Source: Candidatus Wolfebacteria bacterium GW2011_GWB1_47_1 (GTDB lineage: Bacteria; Patescibacteriota; Minisyncoccia; UBA6257; UBA9933). Taken from it: a stretch of DNA of 64,000 nt. The stretch covers positions 747,969 through 811,968 of the forward strand of contig CP011209.1 of assembly GCA_001029635.1 (NCBI GenBank), in the 5' to 3' direction. Made by a program: the position numbers and the translations under genes. The notes beneath the pieces are model-generated. The model searched no databases. It was not told the DNA's origin and saw only the letters and a list, made by a program, of their open reading frames with translations. Positions 29,546 through 39,442 of the stretch are shown piece by piece. Numbering within the stretch: the first letter of the stretch is position 1; each line of letters starts with the position of its first letter.

Positions 29546-29719
29546 CTACTTGAATCGTCCTAGCAGGAACATGATTCCCGCCGCCATCAGCGCGAGTGTA
29601 AGCCCTTGCTCGATGATCGGAAAGAGTCCTCGCACAATGCGTGTCCCTAGTATTGCGGTCTGCTCGGGAGCGAGGACCGCAAGAATCACCACTCCGATCA
29701 GAACATTTACTAGATTCAT
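29546..29719 (-). CDS. 57-aa 2-TM protein (not in ORF track), paralog of 29262-29498
   Basis: GAGGTG SD; MNLVNVLIGVVILAVLAPEQTAILGTRIVRGLFPIIEQGLTLALMAAGIMFLLGRFK*. Confidence 0.6.
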   Translation of the reverse strand: MNLVNVLIGVVILAVLAPEQTAILGTRIVRGLFPIIEQGLTLALMAAGIMFLLGRFK

Positions 29720-29793
29720 CTCTCACCTCTCAATTGATAAGGTTCATATAACCGGCAGATCAGCAGTACGCCGATCAACATTGTTATGGTTAT

Positions 29794-29822
29794 ATTATAT
29801 ACCTTATCTCTATTTTTGTCAA
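29794..29822 (-). promoter_or_regulatory. Consensus sigma70 promoter
   Basis: TTGACA-N17-TATAAT exact. Confidence 0.8.
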
Positions 29823-29827
29823 TATCT

Positions 29828-30844
29828 TCAGTTGAGCTCAATATCGATATGCACCACCTCCGGGTATTCTTCCTGGATGCGCTTCTCTATCTTGTCTATA
29901 TGATTTCCTACGAGTCGTGGCACGCGGTCTATGTAATCGACGCAGAATTTTATAAATTCCTGATAGTCATTCCTCACCTCTTCAAATTCCTCCCTTAATG
30001 CGCCCCGCGCAAACATTTCCTTTGCCAAGGCGTTTCCATTAAACTCAACCTCGCATTTGATACGATACTTCCCCACGTCCATGATTGCTGAACGAAAATC
30101 AGTCACGCTTTCGATCGCGGGATCTTCCTCGAGAATCTCAATAATCCGATCCTTTACCTCTTCTGGTATCGCCTTCCCTAAAAGTAATGCCCGGTTTTTA
30201 TTGATCAAAATAATAGCCATCACTCCCAACATCAATCCGATCACAATCGATCCAATTGCATCCCAATAATAGGCACCCGTGAGTTCGGTTAATAGGATGC
30301 TTACAAATGCGACGACGACACCCAACACAGCAATCCCATCTTCATAGAGCACCGCTATGGTTGCCGGATCGCCGTTCTTGAGAATCTTCTTAAACTTTGC
30401 CTTACCTCCCGTTTTTCTTAATTCTCGGTATGCCACGATCAATGTGCCTGATTCTATGACAAATGAGATTGCAAGGATTGTGAACACTATATACGTCACA
30501 TCCGCATGCTGTGGCCTGATCAAAGCATTAATGCCTTGATAGATTGTCGCACCCGCACCGACAAAGAAGATACCGCATGCCGAGATCAACGCCCAGAGAA
30601 ATCGCTCTTTCCCATAACCGTATGAAAATTCATTTGTCGCCTTCTTTTTTGACCGCCTAATACCCACCATCAACAATGCCTGATTCGCCGTGTCGGCAAA
30701 ACTGTGAATCGCCTCGGATAGCATCGCTCCCGAACCGGAAATAAAAAAGCCCACAAATTTGAGGACTGCAATAAAACCATTACCCAAAAGTGCCGCGATT
30801 ACCGGCAATGTTCCCTGTATACTCTGTGATCTGCTACTGCTCAT
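29828..30844 (-). CDS. Cation diffusion facilitator (Zn/Co/Cd) transporter
   Basis: SEAIHSFADTANQ, YGYGKERF, VLYED; likely start MSSSRS. Confidence 0.9.
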   Translation of the reverse strand: MSSSRSQSIQGTLPVIAALLGNGFIAVLKFVGFFISGSGAMLSEAIHSFADTANQALLMVGIRRSKKKATNEFSYGYGKERFLWALISACGIFFVGAGATIYQGINALIRPQHADVTYIVFTILAISFVIESGTLIVAYRELRKTGGKAKFKKILKNGDPATIAVLYEDGIAVLGVVVAFVSILLTELTGAYYWDAIGSIVIGLMLGVMAIILINKNRALLLGKAIPEEVKDRIIEILEEDPAIESVTDFRSAIMDVGKYRIKCEVEFNGNALAKEMFARGALREEFEEVRNDYQEFIKFCVDYIDRVPRLVGNHIDKIEKRIQEEYPEVVHIDIELN

Positions 30845-30929
30845 GTATATCGTATATCGTATCGTACCTTTTCTTGTTTGTAAAATGCCACAAAAAAGAC
30901 TCCGATCGCTCGGAGCCTTATTCTTCTCA

Positions 30930-31712
30930 TTACCATCGCCGTCTGCCGAGATTGGTCGGTAACCGCTTACCGACTTCGATCCCGCGTAATGGCCCCTTGG
31001 CACAATACAAGCACTCGACAAACATATTCGTCAGCGTAATACACTTGATGATTCGTGAACCGATATCAAATACTACTGCGTATTCACTTACCGCGCACAT
31101 CGTTGCATTCACCCAATGCGGATAGGGTGCCTTGCTCCATCCCTCGATCCGTATCAGCGGGTATCTTGCGCCGCCAGGACGCACATGCGTTTCTATCCAG
31201 ATATGGGTCTGATCCAGCTTCCCAGAATCCCTTATCTCAGGCAATGCCGCTATGTACCTGTTCACATCTTCCCGTTTAAGAACCCACCCGTACGGCCCGC
31301 GGGCTCCGTAGTCAGGAATCAACACCTCGTCGCCATAGACAACCGCGTCGGCGACCCCCGTTACGATATGTATCTGCGGTACGGCAAAATAGGTCAATGC
31401 TGCTCGTGCATTCGTTATCTCCTGTGGCTTCGCGAACCAAAGATTATCATGTACTCCTTCATAGGAACGATCCTCCCGCATAAACAGCACAAGGTTCGCC
31501 CCCGAGTACGGAGTCCATATATCCTCTACGACGGCAATGCATTGTTTTTTTATAACCATGCGATACTCGCCGCTTTTAATGCGATCCACCTGTGCATATC
31601 GCTCGGCATCGTCTGGTATTACGTGCCCTGCGTAAAACACATCCCCTCGTGAAAGTGCGATGACTGTTGGATGCCATTGATCATTACTTATGACTCGAAC
31701 CATCAATACCAC
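30930..31712 (-). CDS. Hypothetical protein
   Basis: 260-aa ORF, GTG start after AGGAG, TTGACG promoter upstream. Confidence 0.6.
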   Translation of the reverse strand: MVLMVRVISNDQWHPTVIALSRGDVFYAGHVIPDDAERYAQVDRIKSGEYRMVIKKQCIAVVEDIWTPYSGANLVLFMREDRSYEGVHDNLWFAKPQEITNARAALTYFAVPQIHIVTGVADAVVYGDEVLIPDYGARGPYGWVLKREDVNRYIAALPEIRDSGKLDQTHIWIETHVRPGGARYPLIRIEGWSKAPYPHWVNATMCAVSEYAVVFDIGSRIIKCITLTNMFVECLYCAKGPLRGIEVGKRLPTNLGRRRW

Positions 31713-32093
31713 CTCCTTTTGTATATTCGCTTTATGAGCTTGTGTATGATTCTTTTTTTAGTATGCATATAATATTCTATTCCGTCAATCTACCCTACTA
31801 TACTTCGTCGGTGCCGTAGAAAGCATAGTGTCACCGACACTCAGGCGCGTTGCACGCTCTCCGTCGACTGACGGATCGCCAGCAACGACACAAAGTCACA
31901 ACGCCTAGTTAAAAAAAGGGGGATGCTTTCGCATCCCCGATAACAGGCCCTTGGTATTCTATTCAATTGTCTGTGGGGGTCGGCCCCACTTTATCGATAC
32001 CGCTTTTTCATCGGCATCTCCTTTTGTCAGGTTGTACTCTTTTTGCAAGCCTCAAAGGTCCTTGCTATAACCCATTTTCCTTAGGCCGTTGCA

Positions 32094-32249
32094 CTACTTA
32101 CCCAGAACCGCTTGCAGCGGTTGCAGGATGGCGTTAATCCTCACTCCGATCGTTGGGATGAAGATCAAAACCAGCGTACAAATCACTGCTGTAAGAAGTA
32201 ATCCTTCTACCCTGCGCGCCTTAGCGCGGAGGGACTGAATGCTTTCCAT
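32094..32249 (-). CDS. 51-aa single-TM peptide (not in ORF track)
   Basis: GGAGG SD; MESIQSLRAKARRVEGLLLTAVICTLVLIFIPTIGVRINAILQPLQAVLGK*. Confidence 0.5.
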   Translation of the reverse strand: MESIQSLRAKARRVEGLLLTAVICTLVLIFIPTIGVRINAILQPLQAVLGK

Positions 32250-32309
32250 AAAACCTCCGTTCACTGTGAAGTTTTAAATTTGCGATTTATGAATATATTA
32301 TATCATAAA

Positions 32310-33071
32310 TCACAGACTTGTCAATATCTTTACACCTGTCTCTGTTATCGCGATTGTATGCTCAAACTGTGCAGACAATCCCTTATCCACCATTGCCCAG
32401 CTTTCATCTTTTAGCTGTTTTACCTGTCCTCTTCCTGTACACAACATCGGCTCAATCGCAAAGACCATGCCGGGTTTTAATAATAATCCCTCCCCTTTGT
32501 TGCCATAATTATAGACATATGGATCTTCATGAAGGCCATACCCAACACCATGGCCGGTCAATCCTTGCACCACACTCACGCCAGAGCGTTTTGCTACATA
32601 CTCCACAGCATAGCCTATATCGCCAATATGGGCACCTGGTCTTATTGCCTTAATAGCCTCTTCCAGGGCCTTGTGGGTCGCTTTTACAAGATTCTGAGCC
32701 TTCTGTGTGCCTTTCCCCGCTATAACCGTAAATGCAGAATCGGAGTACATTCCATCCAGCAAGACACCACAATCCACCTTCAGCACATCACCCACCTTTA
32801 TCGTTCGATCAGTCGGGAATCCATGCACGACAATCTCATTGATCGAGGTACAAATAGATGCCATATACGGGTGCTCCGCACCTCCTGGCTGGTAATTCAA
32901 AAATGCCGGCTCACCTCCCTCATTACGAATATATTCCCGTGCGACATCATCTAAATGTTTCAAGGTTACTCCGATGGCAACTTCCTTTTTTAATACTGCC
33001 ATCGTACGCGCCAAAACAGCCCCACTGCGAGCTATCTTGTCGATCTCTTCCTTTGTGTAAATGCGAACCAT
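32310..33071 (-). CDS. map: Methionine aminopeptidase type I
   Basis: SINEIVVHG, GHGVG..LHEDP, AIEPM, AQFEHT. Confidence 0.97.
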   Translation of the reverse strand: MVRIYTKEEIDKIARSGAVLARTMAVLKKEVAIGVTLKHLDDVAREYIRNEGGEPAFLNYQPGGAEHPYMASICTSINEIVVHGFPTDRTIKVGDVLKVDCGVLLDGMYSDSAFTVIAGKGTQKAQNLVKATHKALEEAIKAIRPGAHIGDIGYAVEYVAKRSGVSVVQGLTGHGVGYGLHEDPYVYNYGNKGEGLLLKPGMVFAIEPMLCTGRGQVKQLKDESWAMVDKGLSAQFEHTIAITETGVKILTSL

Positions 33072-33139
33072 TTTAATTTAGTGTACCCTATATTTTTACG
33101 TAAAAAAAGGAGGCGGAACGAATCCGCCTCCGAGGGGAG

Positions 33140-33481
33140 CTACTTTTCGTAGCGGAGAAAGGTGTACCACTCGCCTAAGGTGCCTTTCTGATACATAACG
33201 ACACGTGATCCGTTCCCCAGCTGCGGTGGGCACCCATTCGCATGGAGCGCGCCCCAGGTTTTCGTCTCTTCGATGTACACTGCGTATCCGATGAGCGGAC
33301 TACCCGATACGATCTGCGCCCCGCCGACCACTTGGCCGACGACTTCCTTAACCTTGACGTCACTAGCGGCTGCCTGCGCTGTGTCTTCTTTGTTTTTTTC
33401 CCCCGCTCCATACCAGGTAAACACAGCGATGAGCGCGGCAAGGCATATCAGCACAAACATGCCTGATTTCTGATTTCCCAT
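33140..33481 (-). CDS. Hypothetical exported protein (cassette)
   Basis: GGGAGG SD, N-terminal TM, own promoter (TTGACA 33547-33552) and terminator. Confidence 0.65.
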   Translation of the reverse strand: MGNQKSGMFVLICLAALIAVFTWYGAGEKNKEDTAQAAASDVKVKEVVGQVVGGAQIVSGSPLIGYAVYIEETKTWGALHANGCPPQLGNGSRVVMYQKGTLGEWYTFLRYEK

Positions 33482-33566
33482 ACTTCAAGCCCTCCCTTTT
33501 CTAGTTGTTGAATTTCTGAATATACTATGCTTCAGCTTTTCTTTTTTGTCAAATTCTTTGTGGGTC

Positions 33567-33596
33567 CTGGATTCCGGCTCGGAGGCCGGAATAACA
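33567..33596. repeat. REP/dRS3-like palindrome
   Basis: ctggattccggctcggaggccggaataaca. Confidence 0.75.
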
Positions 33597-33654
33597 CGCT
33601 ATGAATGTCTGTATTTTGTCTGCGAACATATTAGAACGGCATTTTTGCATCTGA

Positions 33655-33826
33655 TGCAAGCCGTAAAAATAGAGATCAGCGAAGCGAAGAAAACTTCAAC
33701 AGAAATAGCCCTTCGGGGTCCCGCGGAGCTGAGTGGGCGAAGGGTTATTTCGTAAGAAGTTTTTGAACTAAGCCTCTATTTTTATTTCGCTTGCAGATTT
33801 TTTGGTACTTTTTCCAGAAAAAGTAC
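33655..33826. repeat. Long imperfect hairpin element with TACTTTT/AAAAGTA side hairpin
   Basis: Nested inverted repeats; same architecture, inverted, at 47950-48120. Confidence 0.55.
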
Positions 33827-33889
33827 AGGAAATAGTTACATTAAGCCAAAACCCTCGCAAATGCGAAGGTTTAAAATTCAGAATACAAC

Positions 33890-33919
33890 CTGGATCCCGT
33901 GTCATAGTACGGAATGACA
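33890..33919. repeat. REP/dRS3-like palindrome
   Basis: ctggatcccgtgtcatagtacggaatgaca. Confidence 0.65.
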
Positions 33920-33923
33920 CAAC

Positions 33924-34619
33924 TCACCGAAAGTATTCCCCTATCACTTCGTGTATCTTGTACGGCGCTGGCGTACCGTCCAATTTGACCACGTTATAGC
34001 CCCGCTTGATCGATTCTGCGATCACCGGTTCGGTGCGATTATGATATTCCTTTAAGCGTTGCTTGATAACTGTTGTCGTATCATCAACGCGATGTTCTAC
34101 CTTGCCTCCGCAAAAGGGACAGGTGGACGACTTATGTTTCACGTCCAGGAGCGGCGTGCGACACACCGAACAAATCGTTCTATGCGTATTGCGCTTTACC
34201 GTCGTTTCGTCCGGAATCTGCAAGAAGAAGATGTGTACGTTCTTTTTGCCATACTTCTTTGCCAGGAAATCGAGCAATCCGATGTGCTCTTCATCACCGA
34301 ATGCTTCGTATACGTTGCGTGGCGAACCACTAAACACGACTGACTGTCCAAGCTTTGCAAGCTCCGTCACTTGCTTGATAATCACACCCAAAACCCATGA
34401 TGGCGTGTTTAGCTTGCCCGATTCGTTCAGCTTGCGCTCCCGCTGGATCGCTTTATCGTTCTTGAATTTAGGGTTATTGAGCAACTTTCTCAAATATGCG
34501 CCCGTGTCGAAATGAAATAAATGTAATGTGTCTGCCAACAGCTGCGCTTGCGTACCCTTGCCCGATCCTGGCGGGCCATAGAACACGACTGCGATATTTT
34601 CAATGTTTGTTTTAGCCAT
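33924..34619 (-). CDS. adk: Adenylate kinase (Zn-lid)
   Basis: GPPGSGKGTQA, GSPR, CxxC...CxxC lid; between secY and map. Confidence 0.9.
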   Translation of the reverse strand: MAKTNIENIAVVFYGPPGSGKGTQAQLLADTLHLFHFDTGAYLRKLLNNPKFKNDKAIQRERKLNESGKLNTPSWVLGVIIKQVTELAKLGQSVVFSGSPRNVYEAFGDEEHIGLLDFLAKKYGKKNVHIFFLQIPDETTVKRNTHRTICSVCRTPLLDVKHKSSTCPFCGGKVEHRVDDTTTVIKQRLKEYHNRTEPVIAESIKRGYNVVKLDGTPAPYKIHEVIGEYFR

Positions 34620-34700
34620 GTATTTAGTATACCAAGTATTTTGGCAGTATGACAAAAAAAGGAGGCACGTCCACGTGCCTCCAAAGCTTTCTTTGAGGAT

Positions 34701-35156
34701 CTAGGGGGTTCCCAATTTCTTCCTCCTCGCCACTATGCGATTGCTTCTTTCCCAGTCTTCGGCCGACGGGATCTCTTCGCCGTACCCCATCCGATTGGCT
34801 GTAAGCGGAAAGTCCCGCATCATCGCAGCTACAAAGCTCTCCGGAGAAAGCTCCTCGAGCGCGAACTGCCGCTCAACCCGCTTACGGGCAGCTTCCAGGC
34901 CTTCGTCCGGCCACAGCCGCCCGTGCATGGACGAGATCAATACGCACGGCACCGCACCCTCTGCCAGCTTGAGGCGGTAGATCGAGGCCGGCCGCCCCTT
35001 CGTATCCTTTATCACGGGACTGTTCCCGGTTACCTCCACCACACCCCGGATCGACTTGCCGGAGAACGAATACAGCTCCCCATCCTTGCAGATCCACAGC
35101 GTGGAATTTCTTCCTGCGGTCTGCGCTGCACTGTTATATACAAACGCTTCTCTCAT
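34701..35156 (-). CDS. Hypothetical protein (cassette)
   Basis: GGGAGG SD, TTGACA-N17-CATAAT promoter, terminator. Confidence 0.65.
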   Translation of the reverse strand: MREAFVYNSAAQTAGRNSTLWICKDGELYSFSGKSIRGVVEVTGNSPVIKDTKGRPASIYRLKLAEGAVPCVLISSMHGRLWPDEGLEAARKRVERQFALEELSPESFVAAMMRDFPLTANRMGYGEEIPSAEDWERSNRIVARRKKLGTP

Positions 35157-35368
35157 TGCTCCTCCCTTGAAACTCTGGTTTGAAAATCAACTGCTGGATA
35201 AATTATGTACCTAATCCATATTTTTGTCAATATGTTCTATTGACAATTTTGAATAATAAGTGCATGGTTTTATCGTACTTTAGCACTCCGCTCCGGCGGC
35301 CATATGGGTGGCGACCAACGCTAGCACGCCCGAATGCTAAATTTGGGACGAAAGAGGAGGGATAGCAA

Positions 35369-35911
35369 ATGGGAATCATGGCAAAGAATGGGTATGTATT
35401 GGTGCGCCTTGATGAGGCAAATGATGTATGGGAATCCATTCGACAAGCAACTAGAGAAACGACACGAATATCTCGGGAAAAAGTGTTTCGGATCGCCTCG
35501 CGTTTCGAAAACCTTATATTTGAACTCACCCCCGAGGAAGAAGCCGACCTCCTTGCATGGGGGTCTCAGACCATCAAACAAAGAGTCGAGGATAGATTCG
35601 TTACGAGCGGCTTCACGTGGGCCGAGATGGAACGCTGGGTCGCAAACTGCTATCTCATGCGCATCAACCCCCTCCCCACTCTTCGTCGGCTATGTGAACC
35701 CTTTGCACTTCCCGTCTACTACCGCAAGGATACGGAACTGTTTTTCGACCCGCTTTGCGGGCTCCTCTGCGTCGAAACCAAAGATTACACAAACCAGAAT
35801 TCGGTACGATTAACCGTCTTTGGAACCTTCGAGGATCTAAGGAAGGAGCTCGCCGAAATCGCGCGCGTCGATGAAGTCTTTATGAGTATTCGGGAGCATA
35901 ACGACAACTAG
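35369..35911 (+). CDS. Hypothetical protein (cassette)
   Basis: GAGGAGG SD, divergent TTGACA promoter at 35240, GC hairpin terminator at 35924. Confidence 0.65.
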   Translation: MGIMAKNGYVLVRLDEANDVWESIRQATRETTRISREKVFRIASRFENLIFELTPEEEADLLAWGSQTIKQRVEDRFVTSGFTWAEMERWVANCYLMRINPLPTLRRLCEPFALPVYYRKDTELFFDPLCGLLCVETKDYTNQNSVRLTVFGTFEDLRKELAEIARVDEVFMSIREHNDN

Positions 35912-35953
35912 TAGAGCCTCCCTGGCCCCGCATTGCGGGGCCTTTTTTAACTG

Positions 35954-36020
35954 CAGATTCCTCGACTTCATAGAGTACCGCGGAGTTTACCCTGAGCTTG
36001 TCGAATGGGCTCGGAATGAC
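35954..36020. repeat. Composite REP with nested ccctgagcttgtcgaatggg palindrome
   Basis: agattcc...ggaatgac enclosing a second repeat family also at 54821 and 46346. Confidence 0.6.
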
Positions 36021-36124
36021 CCCGTAAAGTCCGCCCCGGGCGGACCACGAGGCAAGCACTGCAAAAAAGCCTCGCGTGAGCGAGGCTTTTTCTAATTCCA
36101 TTTTTCGTTTTTCTTTTCCGATCT

Positions 36125-37387
36125 TCACTCATATTCTCGAATGATCAATTGGGAGTTGATCTGTCGGATCGTTTCAAGTGCAACGGATACCACAATCAAG
36201 ATCGCGGTTCCTCCGATGGTCAACACGGCAATGCCGGTGAACATGCGGACGATATTCGGCAGAATCGCGATCAATCCAAGGAAGATTGCCCCCCACAAGG
36301 TGATGCGACTGATGACCTTGGTTAGGAAGGTCGTTGTCGACTCTCCTGGGCGGATGCCTGCGATGAATCCTCCCGCACGCTGGAGATTCTTTGAAATCTC
36401 ACTCGGATCGAATGTCACTGCCGTATAGAAATACGTGAAGATAACGACGAGCAGGAAGTATGCCGCGCTATACAAATACTGATTGTTCATAAACTGACTC
36501 ACAAAATCGGTCAGCTTCAATGAAAGGCTCTTTGAAAAGATCGCACTGATCTGCGCAACAAATTGCGGGAACAGGAGCAATGATATCGCAAAGATGATCG
36601 GTATAACGCCTGCTTGGTTTACCTTGATTGGTAAATAGCTTGAAACGCCACCATACATCTTGGTACCACGCACCTGCTTCGCGTACGAAACCGGAATCTT
36701 GCGCTCGCCTTCGTTGATATATACAACGCCCGCGATAACCGCAATCGCCACGATTACAAATCCAATATAGGTCGGGAGATCACTCGGATTGTATGTCTGC
36801 AAAATGTTTATGATCGTCTGCGGAAGACCGCTCACAATACCCGCAAAGATGATCAACGAAATACCATTACCAATCTTCTGCTCTGAAATCAATTCACCAA
36901 TCCACATAACCAGCATCGATCCGGCCATAATCACGAGTACATTCTTGATCAAATCCATCAGACCAAGACTTCCGACAACTCCCTGCGACGCAAGCAAGTT
37001 AAGAAATCCGTATGCCTGCAACCCTGCCAACGGCACGGTGAGATAGCGAGAGTAACGATTGAACTTTGCCCGTCCTGCAGCTCCTTCCTCGTAATACATC
37101 TCCTTCATCTTCGGGAAGATCATGGTCATCAACTGCATGATGATTGTCGCCGTAATGTACGGCCCGACACCCAACATAATAATGGATAAATTGCTTAGCG
37201 TTCCTCCGGCCATAATACCGACAAAACTAAACAACTGATTCGAACCGAAGAATTCTTCGAGCCTCATCTTATCAACTCCCGGAATTGGGATTGCCGAAAG
37301 GATCCGGAAACACACCAACAGGAATCCAACGGTCAAGACCTTCATCCGCAAATCCCTCAACTTGAAAATTTTCAGATATTTTTCCAT
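36125..37387 (-). CDS. secY: Preprotein translocase SecY
   Basis: LGVGPYITATII, GNGISLIIF, QAGVIPIIFA, GIRPG. Confidence 0.98.
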   Translation of the reverse strand: MEKYLKIFKLRDLRMKVLTVGFLLVCFRILSAIPIPGVDKMRLEEFFGSNQLFSFVGIMAGGTLSNLSIIMLGVGPYITATIIMQLMTMIFPKMKEMYYEEGAAGRAKFNRYSRYLTVPLAGLQAYGFLNLLASQGVVGSLGLMDLIKNVLVIMAGSMLVMWIGELISEQKIGNGISLIIFAGIVSGLPQTIINILQTYNPSDLPTYIGFVIVAIAVIAGVVYINEGERKIPVSYAKQVRGTKMYGGVSSYLPIKVNQAGVIPIIFAISLLLFPQFVAQISAIFSKSLSLKLTDFVSQFMNNQYLYSAAYFLLVVIFTYFYTAVTFDPSEISKNLQRAGGFIAGIRPGESTTTFLTKVISRITLWGAIFLGLIAILPNIVRMFTGIAVLTIGGTAILIVVSVALETIRQINSQLIIREYE

Positions 37388-37623
37388 GAATTAGTACTGC
37401 CCTTCTATAGGAAAGGGCTCTATTAGTGGAATTAGTATAGGGCAAAAATCGAGTCTATGCAAGAGATTTTTACGAAAAACCTACTATTCTCCAGACCAAG
37501 AGAGGCTCCCTTTTAAAATGCCTTGACATTATTATATATATGTGCTAATATATTTATGTTCACCATAGCTCTTTAACCGAGTGATAGAAATATCGCTCAC
37601 AACCACACCCCAGGAGGTGTAGC

Positions 37624-38247
37624 ATGGCAGCTCCCAAAGGGAGAAAGTTCTCGGTAATAGCGTTGCAGTTCAGATTCCCCACCCTCGACAGCGTCCCTCC
37701 TTTCACGAGGCAGATAGCGCGTCGCCCGACCAAGACATCCAATCCGGCGACGCTTACCGGAGAACAGATCGTCGGCGCAACGGAAGGCACGTCCATCCTT
37801 GCACTCCTCGACGATCTCAAGGCGAAGGGGTACGACCTGGTTAATGCATGCTGCGAGGAGCGGCGCAACGTCAAAGGCCCCGGCTCGCATTACATCGCCC
37901 GGTACACCTTTGCAACCGCCGAGAGCGGGTTGTCGATCACCGAACGCTTCGAGTATCGCAAGGCAACGTTCCTCCGGGAGCTCGCCTTCATCGGCGAGTC
38001 GGCCCTGTGGAAGAACCGGACGTTCTCCAACCCCTTCATTAGGGACGGGAAACCGGTCACCGGTTTCCGTGCGGCGAGTCTGGTCTTCGACACCCGCCAA
38101 CCCTTCTACCAGGGTGACGGCCAGCCGGTCACGGTCTGGCTCAAGGACGAGGCAGGCGAGCGCATCGGCGATGCGCCCATTCCCCTGGCCCCCTCCCACC
38201 ACCTCCGCTACCTGAAGACCAAGGGCTTCAGGGTCGTGAGCGCCTAG
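37624..38247 (+). CDS. Hypothetical protein (GC-rich cassette between rplO and secY)
   Basis: AGGAGGT SD, TTGACA-N17-TAATAT promoter (37523-37551), terminator. Confidence 0.7.
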   Translation: MAAPKGRKFSVIALQFRFPTLDSVPPFTRQIARRPTKTSNPATLTGEQIVGATEGTSILALLDDLKAKGYDLVNACCEERRNVKGPGSHYIARYTFATAESGLSITERFEYRKATFLRELAFIGESALWKNRTFSNPFIRDGKPVTGFRAASLVFDTRQPFYQGDGQPVTVWLKDEAGERIGDAPIPLAPSHHLRYLKTKGFRVVSA

Positions 38248-38341
38248 TCAAATAAGGCGTAATCTCAACCAGCCGGCACTTCGTGTGCCGGCTTTTTCGT
38301 ATCTTCGTGATAACAAAAAAGGAGCATATGCTCCTTTTTTG

Positions 38342-38815
38342 TTATTTTTGCTTTTTTGCCACTACCGGTTTTTTCACCACCGGCGGCTTTACGGTCGGCG
38401 CTTCCACCGATCCGCCTTTTACCTCGATCTTTTCTTTTGCTGACTTAGATACTTCCAATCCCTTGACGGTAAACTTCTTGGTTACGTCTCCGTTGCCAAG
38501 AATCTTAATGTCCGTGTCGGACTTGCGTATCACACCTGCCGCGACCAATGTTTCCAAGGTCACTAGCGTGTCAGTCATTTTTGCGTCGATGACGTTGAGG
38601 TTAATACCCATCGCCTTCCCGAAGAGCGGCTTGTTCTTGAAACCGCGCAATTTCGGAATACGGATAAGCATTTCATGCAAGGCCGGGTTCATCTTATGGC
38701 CTGCGCGCGATTTCTGACCCTTGTGTCCGGTGCCGGAATTATCTCCTCGCTTACCGCCACGGCCTACTCGCTTTTTGGTTTTTCCCGGATGAAGGGGTTT
38801 GATTTCGTGCAACAT
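38342..38815 (-). CDS. rplO: 50S ribosomal protein L15
   Basis: RVGRGG..G..SG.GHKGQKSR, PKLRGF. Confidence 0.96.
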   Translation of the reverse strand: MLHEIKPLHPGKTKKRVGRGGKRGDNSGTGHKGQKSRAGHKMNPALHEMLIRIPKLRGFKNKPLFGKAMGINLNVIDAKMTDTLVTLETLVAAGVIRKSDTDIKILGNGDVTKKFTVKGLEVSKSAKEKIEVKGGSVEAPTVKPPVVKKPVVAKKQK

Positions 38816-38834
38816 ATCTTTATATCAAAAGTCT

Positions 38835-39437
38835 TTATGCTTCTTCCTGAACTTCCGGCTTTTCTGCAACAGCTTCGGCCTTTTTGACTCCTCCCTTTAC
38901 GACTACCTTGAGCTTCTTCAAAGCCTCAATTGCGGCCATTCCGTTCGTGAGCTTGTTTTTTGTCGTCCCCAAGGTTTTTGAGGTGGCATCTTTTACTCCT
39001 GCCATCAACAAAACGTCTCGAACAGAACCTCCCGCCTTTAAACCATGACCAAGCTTCGCCGGTTTGATGACGACCTGTGCGGCGCTGTACTTTGCCAACA
39101 CTTCGTGCGGAATGCTTCGGCCCTTGAGCGGAATCGTTATAAGATTCTTCTTTGCCTTGAGCTTGCCCTTGTCCACTGCCTGCGCGACATCGAGACCCTT
39201 TCCGACTCCGATTCCTACCTGTCCCTTCTCGTTTCCGATAACGACAGTCGCGCGGAAGCTCATACGCTTACCTCCCGCGACAACGCGCGTAACGCGGCGC
39301 AGATCGAGGATCTTGTCCTTATATTCCGACTTTACGACCGGGCGTCCGTCATTGCGATCTCGGCGCGGCGCGCCATGACCGCCAAAGCTCTTGCGTTCTG
39401 TCGGCTGGGTTGTTGTTTTCTGTTGCGTAGTATTCAT
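38835..39437 (-). CDS. rpsE: 30S ribosomal protein S5
   Basis: RRVTRVVAGGKR.SF. Confidence 0.97.
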   Translation of the reverse strand: MNTTQQKTTTQPTERKSFGGHGAPRRDRNDGRPVVKSEYKDKILDLRRVTRVVAGGKRMSFRATVVIGNEKGQVGIGVGKGLDVAQAVDKGKLKAKKNLITIPLKGRSIPHEVLAKYSAAQVVIKPAKLGHGLKAGGSVRDVLLMAGVKDATSKTLGTTKNKLTNGMAAIEALKKLKVVVKGGVKKAEAVAEKPEVQEEA

Positions 39438-39442
39438 ACTTC

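Noticed and set aside
32094-32249. Flp/Tad pilin
   Set aside because: C-terminus is reminiscent but the G/xxxxEY prepilin motif is missing and no tad genes are nearby
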